Shown one piece after another: positions 28,518-41,385 of a stretch of DNA of 64,000 bases (position 1 is the stretch's first letter; every line of letters begins with the position of its first letter). The stretch is from NCBI GenBank assembly GCA_951406725.2, contig OX597817.1:132184001-132248000 (forward strand). Reading direction: 5' to 3'. Origin of the DNA: Octopus vulgaris (lineage: Eukaryota). The notes beneath the pieces were generated by a model. That model searched no databases and had not been told where the DNA came from. It worked only from the letters and a program-made list of their open reading frames with translations. Position numbers and translations under genes: made by a program.

Positions 28518-29032
28518 ATGTATGTATGTATGTATGTATGTATGTATGTATGTATGTATGTATGTATGTATGTATGTATGTATGTATGTATGTATGTATG
28601 TACATACGTATGTATGTATGTATGTATGTATGTATGTATGTATGTGTGTATGTATGTATGTAAGTATGTATGTATGTATGTATGTATGTATGTATGTATG
28701 TATGTATGTATGTATGTATGTATGTATGTACGTACGTATGTATGTATGTATGTATGTATATATGTACGTATGTATGTATGTATGTATGTATGCATGTATG
28801 TATGTATGTATGTATGTATGTATGTATGTATGTATCTATGTATATATGTATGTATGTACGTATGTATGTATGTATGTATGCATGTATGTATGTATGTATG
28901 TAAGTATGCATGTATGTATGTATGTATGTACGTATGTATGTATGTAAGTATGTATGTATGTATGTAAGTATGTATGTATGTATGTATGTACGTATGTATG
29001 TATGTAAGTATGTATGTATGTATGTATGTAAG

Positions 29033-29063
<31 letters not shown>

Positions 29064-29348
29064 GTATGTATGTATGTATGTATGTATGTATGTATGTATG
29101 TATGTATGTATGTATGTATGTATGTATGTATGTATGTGTGTGTATGTATGTATGTATGTATGTATGTATGTGTGTATGTATGTATGTATGTATGTATGTA
29201 TGTGTGTATGTATGTTTGTATGTATGTGTGTATGTATGTATGTTTGTATGTATGTATGTATGTATGTATGTATGTATGTATGCATGCATGTATGTATGTA
29301 TGTATGTATGTTTGTATGTATGTATGTATGTATGTATGTATGTATATG
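28518..29348. repeat. About 830-bp (TATG)n microsatellite
   Basis: Seen directly; similar tracts at about 12580-12875 and 41565-41760. Confidence 0.95.
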
Positions 29349-29553
29349 TGCAGATTTGAATGTCTTGTTTTATGTATGTATTCTGATGCACATAGTTACA
29401 TATCTAGACATGCTCATATATATTTAAATGATAAACTTCTGGAAAGTTTTACAGATTTTTACAGTTCCAGTGATGGATTGGATCTGTAGTCTTTGAGTTA
29501 GCTTTCTCTTCTATTTTCTGGTTTTGAGAAACCTAATTTCTCATGTGTTTGTA

Positions 29554-29622
<69 letters not shown>

Positions 29623-29628
29623 CTGTGT

Positions 29629-29672
<44 letters not shown>

Positions 29673-30061
29673 CAGTCTCCATATTCTCAGTCCTTATGAT
29701 TATTGCAAATATACACTCCTAGAAATATTACAATTCAGTTAAGGATAAATGAGAGGTAGCACGGTATCCACTCGGATAATATATCCCTCTAAACACACAT
29801 TAATAAGAATCCGCGTATTTCAAAGGATGACTAAGGTGGCATGCCTAAATATGGAGAGAAGATCAGCTTCAATACACCCCTAAATGATACCCCGTTGCCA
29901 CCTTAGAAGGATTACATAAAAGATCTCATTGATAAAACCCAATTACTTTTTACATCGCACGACGTGGCCAGCATACTATCTCGACCGGAAAAGGGAAATA
30001 AACTTTAAAGATGTATCGATCTCCATATTCTCAATCGTTATAATTACTGCTATTAAATATG

Positions 30062-30170
<109 letters not shown>

Positions 30171-30465
30171 GGTAGAATTCACAAAACAAAAGACGAAGAA
30201 AGCTGGTGTGAATAATAAACAGATGTATTAGTTTGACGCTCAGAAAGTGAAAAAGTCTTTAATGTTTCGAGCCTACGCTCTTCCACGGAAAGGAACACAG
30301 AAATAAATAGGGAGAGAAAATAAAAAATGTGTTGAGACTAGCGATCTATGATGGCGAATGCCGGACAGAGGGGTCACGCACTCATATATATATGTGTGTG
30401 TATATATATTTGCATATATACATACATACATATATATGTATCTATACATACATATATATATATAT

Positions 30466-30522
<57 letters not shown>

Positions 30523-30542
30523 CACATACACATATATATACA

Positions 30543-30624
<82 letters not shown>

Positions 30625-32394
30625 TGTATATATATCTACTTATATAATTCCTCAACAAGAATATTATTGGCAGTTAAACCATCGTCGGTTGGCTTAACTG
30701 GCCGAAGCTTCGAAGCCTCTGTCAATAATGCGCTTGCTTATGACTTATGACTAACAAATTTGTATTCTGCAAAAGTATAGAGTAACCCATCACATTAATG
30801 TAATTTTTTTAATTATAAATGAACAAAAAGACAGGCATTAACTATATGTGTATGTAAGTGTGTGTGCATACATATATACATATATAAATATATATATATC
30901 ATATATCATATATCTTTACACATATATTATATACATATGCATATATATACATATGATATGATATGATATATATATATATATATATTTATACATGTATATA
31001 TATATACATACACACATACACACACACATATATATGTATCTGTATGTATGTGTGTATTTGTAAACGCGCATGTGTGTGTATGTATATATATTTTTATATA
31101 TAGTTACACACATACACACATATATATATATATACACATACATACATATAATCCTATATATGCTAGTGTGCCTGTGCATATATTTATCTATGTAAATATG
31201 TATGAGTGTTTGTATGAACGTACACTTCTTTGTATCAATGTGTGTATATAATATATATTTGTGTGTGTGTGTGTGCATTTGCGTATGTACATCATTCTCT
31301 ACCAAAGTAACCTAAACTAACACAATGACTAACAGCACTCGTATACAATCGTTCACCGACAGAGACTCCAGATTCTTTCTAAATGTGGTAGCATTAGTCT
31401 TTAGTTCTTTAAATGATACAAATCTTTAATATTTGCTAATGTCTTCCGTCATTATAGATCAAATAGCCGGCTTCGTCAAAGCTATAAATCTCTCGCTTGT
31501 AGCCTTAACAAATATGCAACGGTGTCTTATATTGATCACAAGACTTAGTAGCGACCAATCTGCTTTCTGTACTCTTAATTCTTCTGCTATTTCTGCTAAA
31601 CACCATTCCTTTCCTCTCTCCTATGTATTATAAACATCTCTCAATTTTGGTCGTTAACACAGTCATGTGAATGAAGCAGATTATTTTTATGAGTGTCAAT
31701 GTTATGAGGTTGTTTCTTACACTTATTGAAATGAATTAGAAAAGTACATCAAAACTGAAGTCTGTCGTGGGACGTGGGAAATTGAAATACCAATTTTGAC
31801 CCGTATGCTTACGACGATTGATGTGAACATGGGAATCTGTAGAGTAATATGCTAAGACAAAATGAATGATGCTGTCGCATGGCTAGTTGAGGAGAGGAGC
31901 GAAAAGAGAGAGAGAGTGAGAGAGAGTGTGTGAGGAATGTGAAAGAGAGAGGGCGAGAGGAGTATTAGCGGTGAGAGCTAGGAGAAAAGGATCGCTATTA
32001 TGTTGTGTGGTGAAATAGCTGAAGTGATAGAAAGCAAGTGAGAGAGAGAAGGCGGGGGGAGAAAGAGATAGAAGTGCGTAAGGCAGGAGATTATGGTATA
32101 AACGAAAGAAGAGGCAAAGAGAGAGAGAGAGAGAAAGTGACTGTGTGTTTACTGAAAAGAACGCGGAAGCGGAAAGCAATTGCATGGTTTTAAATGTCGT
32201 ATAATAGAATATAGTGACAGACAGGAAAAATGGAAGTGCAGTTGTTGCGAAATTTAGTAGACAAAAGTTTCCGTAAATTCTGTCAGTTAATATATCTCTC
32301 TAAACACATGGATACATCGACGAATAATTTGCCCTTTTTTCGATGTCAATTATGCATACGTATATATACATATATCCCTCTTAATACCTTTTGA

Positions 32395-32445
<51 letters not shown>

Positions 32446-32461
32446 CATTATTAATATTTGT

Positions 32462-33017
32462 TGCGAAAATGGCAAGAGTGGATGGTACCTCTCTCAGTGT
32501 AGACCTGTGAGCCAGAGAGAAAGAATTGGAGAGGGCACTTGCCCTTGGGGTTTCAGGGAAACCTCGGACCTAGAGGTCACCCTGTATCAGGAGGGTCACA
32601 CCGATCATCCCTACCTTTGTTTTTCTAAACTTTGTATATGTTCCTTTCCTTTCATTGCATGCAGTGTATACTTACATTTTTCATTATATGTAAACCTCCA
32701 CATTTTATGTCTGTCTTTGTATTTATTTCTTTATTGCCCACATGGGACTAAACACAGAGAGGGCAAACAAGGACAGACAAACGGATTAAGTCGATTACAT
32801 CGACCCCAGTGCGTAACTGGTACTTAATTTATCGACCCCGAAAGAATGAAAGGCAAAGTCGACCTCGGCGGAATTTGAACTCAGAACGTAACGGCAGACG
32901 ATATACGGCTACGCATTTCGCCCGGCGTGCTAACGATTCTGCCAGCTCGCCGCCCTAGAGCTGTCTGTCTTTGTATTGTCCGCTCATCCTTCGCCCTTGT
33001 GGCAAATAAATGAAATC
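32462..33017 (+). mobile_element. L1/Tx1-like LINE 3' UTR interrupted by a SINE
   Basis: ORF end ...KMARVDGTSLSVDL* followed by a UTR ending cccttgtggcaaataaatgaaat, similar to the tail at window start (revcomp ...ccctgtggc). Confidence 0.5.
32724..32961 (-). mobile_element. SINE family A (tRNA-type head), full copy with 16-bp TSD
   Basis: ggcggcgagctggcagaa...gagttcaaattcc (B box)...gcctttcat(t/c)ctttcggggtcgataaa. TSD tgtctgtctttgtatt at 32708-32723 and 32962-32977. Confidence 0.88.
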
Positions 33018-33267
33018 ATTATTATTACTGTTATTGTTTTTGATGTTGTCGTCGTCGTTCTCTTCCTCCTCCTCCTTATCACCATCATATTATTAATAAC
33101 AATAATTTATAAAGGATTGAGGTAACTCCTCCAGAAGATATAGAGTCAAAATAGAATCAATCCTTTATATATTAACCAAAATGAAGTAGATTGGCAAAAT
33201 TATTTTTTGAACCTGTCGAAATATCGTCCACTAGATGACAATGGCACTCTTCTTTTAATTTTGACTC

Positions 33268-33330
<63 letters not shown>

Positions 33331-33442
33331 TATTATTATTATTACTATTAATGGCGGTGCCCCAGCATGGCCACAGCTTGTGAGCTGAAACTAGATAAAA
33401 ATAAAAATAAAAATAAATAAATTCTTCTTATTATTATTATTA

Positions 33443-33515
<73 letters not shown>

Positions 33516-33536
33516 CATCATTATTATTATTTGCAG

Positions 33537-33622
33537 ATCACTATTTTAGTGTTGATCTTCACAGCCAAAGAACACAACGAAAACTCGTATACACAGAGCG
33601 AGAAAACCAACAAAACTATCCA
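33537..33622 (+). CDS. Adhesion GPCR exon: end of TM5/ICL3
   Basis: ttgcag|...|gtaagt. ITILVLIFTAKEHNENSYTQSEKTNKTI(Q). Phase 0 to 2 fits both neighbours. Confidence 0.88.
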
Positions 33623-34349
33623 GTAAGTGACCCTTCATTTTGGGGGATATGATTTATTTGCGATCTGTTACTTTAATAAAATTAAACTGCGTGGTCAAGT
33701 GATTATGGTATATAGCTCATGGTCATGAGATTGGTGGTTCAGTTCGTAGACCAGACTTTTCATTTATTTTTATGGTACACCATTCTACTCCTCTGTCGAT
33801 TAGTATCCACCAGATTCTTTTACAGCCTGCACTCACTGCATAAAGTTTGGGTGTTTGTGTGTGCCAGTGGGTGACTATATCTGCTTGCGAGTACACAGGC
33901 ACCTAAAATATTTAGCGGAAGCATCGTATACCAGATAAGCCAGATAAGCCACCCATAATTGGATACAACTCACCCAACAAGAACTCACTACTTGAACAAA
34001 ACTTGACTTAAACAGGATTCGAATGATCCTATCAGGTGGTGCTATTAGACATAGCCTGGACCAATCTTTGGTCGAAACATATCTAAGTTTATCTAAGTTT
34101 ATATGTCACCTAGTTTTACAGGATCACAAATGGCATAGTTTCTTGAAATTCTTTAAGAGAATGCTTGTGTGTGTGAGAGAGAGTGGATATAATATGAGGC
34201 GGTGGATATGTTACACAACGGTATATTATCATCTATACGATGTAAATTAGCATAGCAACATAGATACTTTTAAAAACAGCAGTAACGGCAGCAACAACAA
34301 CAATAATAATATTAATAAGTATAATAATAATAATAATAATAATATTCTG

Positions 34350-34912
34350 TTCAATACCACAGATTTGCTCTGCTCTGATGCAAAACCAAACCGTGGCTCT
34401 CACGGCTTCTGATCTGACCTGACTGGAAGTGTTAACATGTACATTATTTTGTCTTGGTATAAATGATGGGCTACAGCAAATATTCTGCTCAATACCACAG
34501 AGTTGCTTGTCAATTGCTTGATCTTAACCAGTTGAACCTGTCTCTTAGTGGATGACGATATGTGCATCTCTGATCACGAGCAGAAATAGTCGGGGAGCAT
34601 CATAACCATGTGTTGAGAAGAATTCTTTGGGGTTTGGATAATTCGCCTCTGGAAACATGGGTGTTTCGTTCATCATTCGTTTGAGGGGAATATGCTACTT
34701 GGCTTGATGAAAATTCTAACTAGGCTCCAACTGCAAAGTCATGTTCTGTTTATTTTGATAGTCGATCACCATGTCACGCACGTATGGTTGTGATGCATGT
34801 GCCTAGTGTGCCTTTATAGGACGGGTAGTCATGATGGGTATATTGGGCTTCGTATATTTGTAAGCCAGCGCTACTTTGATGGGACGCGCTGCTCTCTCAC
34901 TCAGTAATAATA
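34350..34912. mobile_element. Interspersed repeat family E next to (TAA)n
   Basis: About 440 bp collinear with 60705-61150; both end ...cactc followed by a short AAT-type run. Confidence 0.7.
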
Positions 34913-35062
34913 AACATAGCTTGTAGATTGTTGTAAAGATTCTGCCTCTTCGGTGACATTAAACATATTAACTTCATGATTTTAATGGAATATATTAGCT
35001 TTGTGAACCTAAGAAGGTTGAATATGGTTTGTAAACTACATATTTTTATATTTCACTTTTAG

Positions 35063-35189
35063 GATTCATTCAAAAGCGCTTTGGACACAAACAATTTTAC
35101 TGACAACTATTTGGTCCTTCGCTTTTATATCGTTAAAGATGACCGATAACATACTGAAGTATTTGTACGCCATGTTCAACTGTCTTCAG
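35063..35189 (+). CDS. Adhesion GPCR exon: TM6/ECL3/TM7
   Basis: cttttag|...|gtgagt. (Q)IHSKALWTQTILLTTIWSFAFISLKMTDNILKYLYAMFNCLQ; FN.LQ(G) TM7 motif. Phase 2 to 0. Confidence 0.93.
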
Positions 35190-35702
35190 GTGAGTAGAAC
35201 AAATATATATTTACACTGAATCTAATGGGCCCGGCCAAATACGCGGTTTGCAAAAATTTGTAATTGAAAATTTGTTAAATCTAATGTTTATCAACCACAA
35301 TGTGTAGCCGTGTGTGAATGGCACGCACATGAACATATGTTTATGTATGTGTGTATGTGTGTGTATGAGTGCGTGTACTTGTATACATAAATATATCGTT
35401 AATATGAGTGAGGGAGAGAGAGAGCTTAGGCATCAAGGAATATGTAAATATTTGCATATTCCTTGATAATTTACAGCCATGTTATATATATATATATACT
35501 TCTTTTTTGTATCTTGTATGTAAAATTCTTTATGTGAATTCGTGTGTTGAAACAATTTTTTTGTGTCTAATAATATTGACATAATAACTCTCCCTATAGG
35601 CACAACAATATATGCATGTGTGTATGTGTGTCTGAGTGTGTATGTGTGAATGTCTGTCTGTCTGTCTGTCTGTATGCATGTATGTATGTATCTATCTATG
35701 TA

Positions 35703-35771
<69 letters not shown>

Positions 35772-35835
35772 TTCAAAATGTTGGCGATTCTTTTTTCTCC
35801 GCCTTCCTTTTCTATTGGACTTTCCTCTGTCGCTT

Positions 35836-35870
35836 GTTTCTGAAGAAGAGCTTTGCTCGAAACGTAAAAC
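35836..35870 (+). ncRNA. Minimal type I hammerhead ribozyme motif, intact core
   Basis: GUUU-CUGAAGA-A-GAGC-UUU-GCUC-GAAAC-GUA-AAAC. Stem I GUUU/AAAC, stem II GAGC/GCUC, palindromic ACGU stem III. Confidence 0.7.
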
Positions 35871-35966
35871 CACATTTCTTTCCTTCCCTGAGAGTCTGCT
35901 AGTATTCTACATGTACCACGTCCTCACGTTATTGTTTTTGTGTTTGTTGTTCTTCTTTTGGGGGGG

Positions 35967-36013
<47 letters not shown>

Positions 36014-36689
36014 CATACCTCCTTGTTTACAGAAGATATGTATGTATGAGTATCTGTTTAAATGGGTGTGTTGATTCTCGAAGAAATATCACGTTGTGAG
36101 TGTATACGTTGTTTCACTCATGTCCTATAAAATTATGCTTTATATTTATCACCCTTAAACAAATTAAATAGCTGCATCTTTTAAACTGTGACCCCATGAA
36201 ATATAGAAATACCAAAATTAAATTGATCAGAAGCAAATACATTTTTAGAGACAGGAAAATAATTCAAATCCAATGCATTACTAGTCTTTGGTAAGAAACA
36301 GAGCTTTTCGACTGAAAACAGCATTGAGTACTCTGACTTGACATAAATCATGGGTTGTCACTCGTAAGAGTATGGGTTGCTCGAAGAATTTCCCATGCTT
36401 TTTTTTTCAAAACTAAATCTGTTTTTCGGAGGGTGTGTTTTTATATAATTTTTTATCTATTGTGTTTAATTAATAGCAAATGTTTAGCGAGTTTCATTAT
36501 GTATTGTAAAGCATTTCTGACATCTCGTATTTCTCATATATCTTTGCATTGTCTATTCAACCTATCTGTAAACTCTAGGTCTATGTGATTTTCTAATTTA
36601 TCTTGGGATTGCTGGAATTTTTTTTTTTTTTGTGCCAAGATAAAAGGAATGAAAGTTAACAAAAGACTATTGAAGTACTACTTCTGGTT

Positions 36690-37100
36690 GGTGCTAACGT
36701 ATGCATGTGAGTCTTGGACGACAAGCAAAGTCATAGAGAAGAGACTCAAAGCTGCAGAAATGTGGTTTCATAGAAAAATGCTTAGAATCTCGTAGGTACA
36801 GAGAGTGACAAGTGTGGAAGTGTTGTAGAAGATCAAAGTGAAGAGACAGTTGATGGATACTTTCAGAGAGAGACAGTGAAGATTTGTTGGTCGTTTTCTC
36901 AGAGAGGATGACGGGATGGAGCGTTACATGGTGGAGACTGAGATGGTGGGAAGGAGAGAGGAAGGCAGAGAATGAAGATGTTCGAATGGATGAAGAAGAG
37001 ATTGAATGCGCAGAGTGAGAAAGTCCCGGGTGATGTTGCAAGAGACGGAAATAAATGGAGGAGGAACAAGACATGATTCGTCAACGGCATGAATATGCCA
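36690..37100 (+). mobile_element. RTE-clade LINE 3' fragment
   Basis: LTYACESWTTSKVIEKRLKAAEMWFHRKMLRIS*VQRVTSVEVL, the RTE post-RT motif; stops present. Confidence 0.8.
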
Positions 37101-37101
37101 T

Positions 37102-37154
<53 letters not shown>

Positions 37155-37654
37155 GAATTGTTAGGGTGTCGAATAAACTGCCTTGCTGTATGGGCCCTTT
37201 ATGTTTTGGGTTGATCTCCGGACCGAAGTTTACTTTGTCTCTCGTATTACCGGTGTCGATCAAATAATGTACCCGACAAGCATTTCAGCTGACTCACTAG
37301 ATTAACGCCTTTCTCGCTAATTTTTGTCCTCTAACGAAATTCGAACCAATTATAAAGGGCAGTGGATCGGCAGAATGTTTCGAAAATTCCCTTGTGGTAT
37401 TTGATACGGTCCTCAACAATCTGATTTCATATCGCACTGAGGTCAGCTACTCATTTCGTCCTTTTAAGATCAATAAGAAAAAAAGTAACAATGAGTTACT
37501 GGGCACAATGTTATCGAATGAAAGCCCTTCCCCTCAAAACTTCTGACTCTTGTATCTCACTTAGAAACCATTATTGCTAATAGTTTTCTTTTGGTTTTGA
37601 CGTTGATGTAAGAATTCTTTTATTCTTACTAATTGCATTCTTTATCTTTTTCAG

Positions 37655-37696
37655 GGGGCTTTTTTCATCGTCTTTTACTTTTTGCTACATGAAGAG
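37655..37696 (+). CDS. Adhesion GPCR exon: end of TM7
   Basis: tttttcag|...|gtgagt. GAFFIVFYFLLHEE completes LQG.F.F.F. No stop codon, so the gene continues downstream. Confidence 0.9.
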
Positions 37697-38046
37697 GTGA
37701 GTATACATGTTTATAGTTATGTGTGCTTGTACATGTATGTGTGTATTTATTTAGCACAGTGTTATAATAATTCTTTGCTTAACAAAAAAAAAAAAAAGCG
37801 ATTAAAATAAATTACATTTTGTGGGCTATTTTCCCCCTCTTACAGCATTTGAAGCGAACCAGTTATATTGGTTATGAGAAAAATTATTTTCCAAATGTTT
37901 TTCACAAAACACGCATGTATAAAGGTACGCGGAAAAAAAAGAAAAAGGAAAGCGTGCCGCTTAACCGACCTACTTGAAATATCGATCGAATTTCTCGCAA
38001 CACCGAAATGTCTTTATAATTATGTGATGGGTTAATTTAATCTGGG

Positions 38047-38081
<35 letters not shown>

Positions 38082-38375
38082 AGGTGTTTTTTCATGATCT
38101 AAAGGTCTTTTTCATCATGCTTGGTCAGAGCCGACGTTCGGCAAAACGACAACATCATTAACTACCCAAATAGATCTCCAATCTAATGGATAATAAATTG
38201 ACAAATATAAGACGGATCGGATCATTACGGAACACGAGTTTATCTTCATGAATAGGTTTAGAATTTGGAAGATTCCTGTCATTCGAAAAGCTGTAACTTT
38301 TCTTCGCAACCATTATATAAATGTGTATATGAGTGCCGCGTATATATATATATATTTTTTTTTTTCGTAAACTCT

Positions 38376-38459
<84 letters not shown>

Positions 38460-38467
38460 GTATATAT

Positions 38468-39174
38468 ATTGGTAAAAACGGTAAGATAACAAAAGAAAGA
38501 AAGAGACCTCAATATTTTGTAAATAGAGGATATTTATCTGTAAATTAATATGTTACCATTATTCAATAGCCAAGATAAAACTCTGAGTTTCGGATGCCGA
38601 AGTGGAAATCCACAACACCATCTCTTCGGTTATCTGGCCATCTGAAAAAACGCTATGAAAAAATACCGTTATTCAAAGGGAAATTATTGTGTTATAATTC
38701 CGCTACTTATATAAATTAAGGTTAAAAGTTAAAAAAACACGTAAGCATGGCTGCTCATACGCTCACATGTGCGCTCGCGCATCCACGTGCGTACGTATAC
38801 GTCACTATGAAAATGTACACATCTTCACTCGCATTTTCGCCAAATGTATACGCATATATATACAAACTCATACACACACACGCGTACCGTAAAGGTTCAT
38901 ACATACGTCTATATACGCACAAGCACAAGAAAAAATATGGTTAAAGATAACAATACAGAAAAAACAACAATACAGAAAAAACATGAGGAAGTATACAAAG
39001 CGCACAGTTGCCGTTGGTGTAGGGCTTACATTTGGCCAAAATCTTCCAATGGATATTGTAATTGACACCTTTATCTTTTAATGACCAAATATGATTGGAT
39101 AATTTTGTCGCTTTTCTTTTGTTCCAGTGCCTATCCATTGGAAGATTTTGGCCAACTGTATATATAAATTCCAT
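38468..39174 (-). mobile_element. Penelope-like element 3' part (GIY-YIG remnant + hammerhead-bearing pLTR)
   Basis: ORF 38941-39174: KRKATKLSNHIWSLKDKGVNYNIHWKILAKCKPYTNGNCALC. Terminal segment 38468-38590 recurs at about 39405-39540 and inverted at about 42570-42635. Confidence 0.8.
38569..38638 (-). ncRNA. Type I hammerhead ribozyme motif (U4C variant)
   Basis: AGAUAA-CCGAAGA-GAUG...CAUC-C-GAAAC-UCAGA-GUU-UUAUCU. Stem I AGAUAA/UUAUCU; stem III ACUC/GAGU. Confidence 0.7.
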
Positions 39175-39194
39175 TTTCTGATTTTATGTATAAG

Positions 39195-39252
<58 letters not shown>

Positions 39253-40330
39253 TGTGTGTGTGCATGTATGCGTGTGTATATGTGTGTGTACAGGTTCAAA
39301 ATATATCAATGAACATAAGTGATTGGCAGGGAGATGTGTATAGAGTCACGGAGCAGTAACCAAGTAGACACTGAGTGGTGTATGTATATATATATATATA
39401 TATATTATTGATAGAAATGGTGAGACAACAAAAGAATGAAAGAGACTTCGATATTATGTAAATAGAGGAATTTATCTGTAAATGTAATATGTGAAAATTA
39501 TTCTTTAGACATGATAAAACTCCGAAACTCGGAGTTTCATCATGGCTCCCGAATAATTGTAGCATATTACATTTACATATATATATATATATATACAGTA
39601 TATACAGATAGATAGATAAATAGATAAGTATGCAGGTCGATGGACATACAGTAAAAGTGTAGAGTCATACATATATACACACATATATATATAAAGCTAT
39701 AATTAAGGGGATAGAAGACACCATGCATAGGCTGAAAGTAGATGCTAAATCTTGCAACCACTTAAATATATATGTATATATACAGATAGAGAGGGAGAGA
39801 GAGAGAGAGAGAGAGATAGAGAGAGAGAGATAGAGATAGAGAGAGAGAGAGAGTATGAGAGAGAAGAAGAGAGAGAAGGATTGAAACTAAGAACGAAAGA
39901 ACGAAAAGGACAAAATAAGCGTGTAACGGAGATGAAGGACAGAATTTGGAAAAGGCTAAAAGCGTATCCATATGGATGGAGGATGGGTTGTGCTAGAAAT
40001 AGGTTTTATTAGGAAAGAAACAATCACCATTGCCCTGGGGCCATCAGCAGTGTTATAGTATCTGAGCTTAGCAGATAATAATACGATATCAGCTGCTTCA
40101 ACTGGGCTGATGGCACCAGCAGCATCAGCATCAACAACAGCAGCATCGATGGCAGCAGCAGAATAGTGGTGGTGCTCACTGGAAAGCGAGATCTTCCACC
40201 AATCCCTATTCTTGGGGATATGTGTGTGGGTGTATGCATGTGTGTGTGTGTGTATGTGTGTGTGTGTGTGTAATATGTATGCGTATCTTTATATGTGCGT
40301 GTGTGTGTGTATAAATACATACATACATAC

Positions 40331-40373
<43 letters not shown>

Positions 40374-40374
<1 letters not shown>

Positions 40375-41008
40375 TAGCAGTATCGCCCGGCGTTGCTCGG
40401 GTTTGTAAGGGAAATAACTATATAAGCATTTTTAGAGAGTTATAGCCAAAAGATAGCAAAAAATGCATTAAAAATGGAAAAAATATGATGGTAAATTTTT
40501 TTTAAATCGTTGACTCATCGTAGACATTTTTAGAGAGTTACTTCCCTTATATAATAGCGAAAAAATGCATTAAAATGGAAAAAAAACGATGGTAAATTTT
40601 TTTTAAATCGTAGACTCATGTAGACGCTTTCTTAGCCATTTCTGTTTTGGTGTCTTCAAGCCATGAAGTCGTTGTTCTAAAAGAACACTGGTCTCCTTGA
40701 CAACGCATTACGACGTTGATTTCCTTACACTCCCTTCCCCACAGGTGCAGGTGTGAGCGTGGACGCCAACTCCGCCGCCATCGACACACGAAAAATTATG
40801 CATTAAAATGGAATAAAAAATGATGTTAAATTATTTTTAAAATCGTAGACTCATCGTAGACGCGTGCTAATATTCAGACGGGCTCGATATGAATCACGAC
40901 TATAAGCTACCTGAATTTGGTTAAACTGTACCGCAAAATGTGGGAGTAGTTAGGAATCTAAATCGAAGGGGACAGACACTCACACAACTACAGTTTTATA
41001 TATATAGA
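40374..41008 (-). mobile_element. Non-autonomous Helitron
   Basis: Minus strand A|TCTATATATATAAAA ... subterminal hairpin (cccgagcaacgccggg) ... CTAG|T; no TSD. Confidence 0.8.
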
Positions 41009-41143
41009 TATACATAGCGCAGTAGTGGTGAGATATGACAGCAAAGAAAAGCATACATTCACTCTCTGCATGCAATTAGACTCGGAAAGTTCGTGAGGAA
41101 CCCATTGACCCAATTTGCTGACTTTTCCGATAGCACACAGGTG

Positions 41144-41385
41144 TCAATGAATGGTTGAATGACCAAATCCAAGCTTCTCTGCTAGTTCCTCAACAGTTAC
41201 GATGATATTTTGTTCCACCAGGGTTTTCAGGATGTCCTTGTCGAGTTCTACAGATCTTTCAGGATGAGGCTCGTCTTCTAGGCTGTAGTTTATGGCTCGG
41301 GATTTCTGGAACCACCATTGACACTGCCTTACGCTTATTGTCCAATCCCCATATACTGCATTAATATTTCTTGTACTTTGCACAC
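41144..41385 (-). mobile_element. mariner transposase N-terminal HTH fragment
   Basis: RNINAVYG...ISVRQCQWWFQK...SLEDEPH..RS..LD.D.LK.LVEQN...TVEELAEKLG...STIH. Confidence 0.8.

Noticed and set aside
28477-29489. Long YIHT/MYVC ORFs (also all IYIY, HTHT, SLSL ORFs)
   Set aside because: Translations of di- and tetranucleotide repeats.
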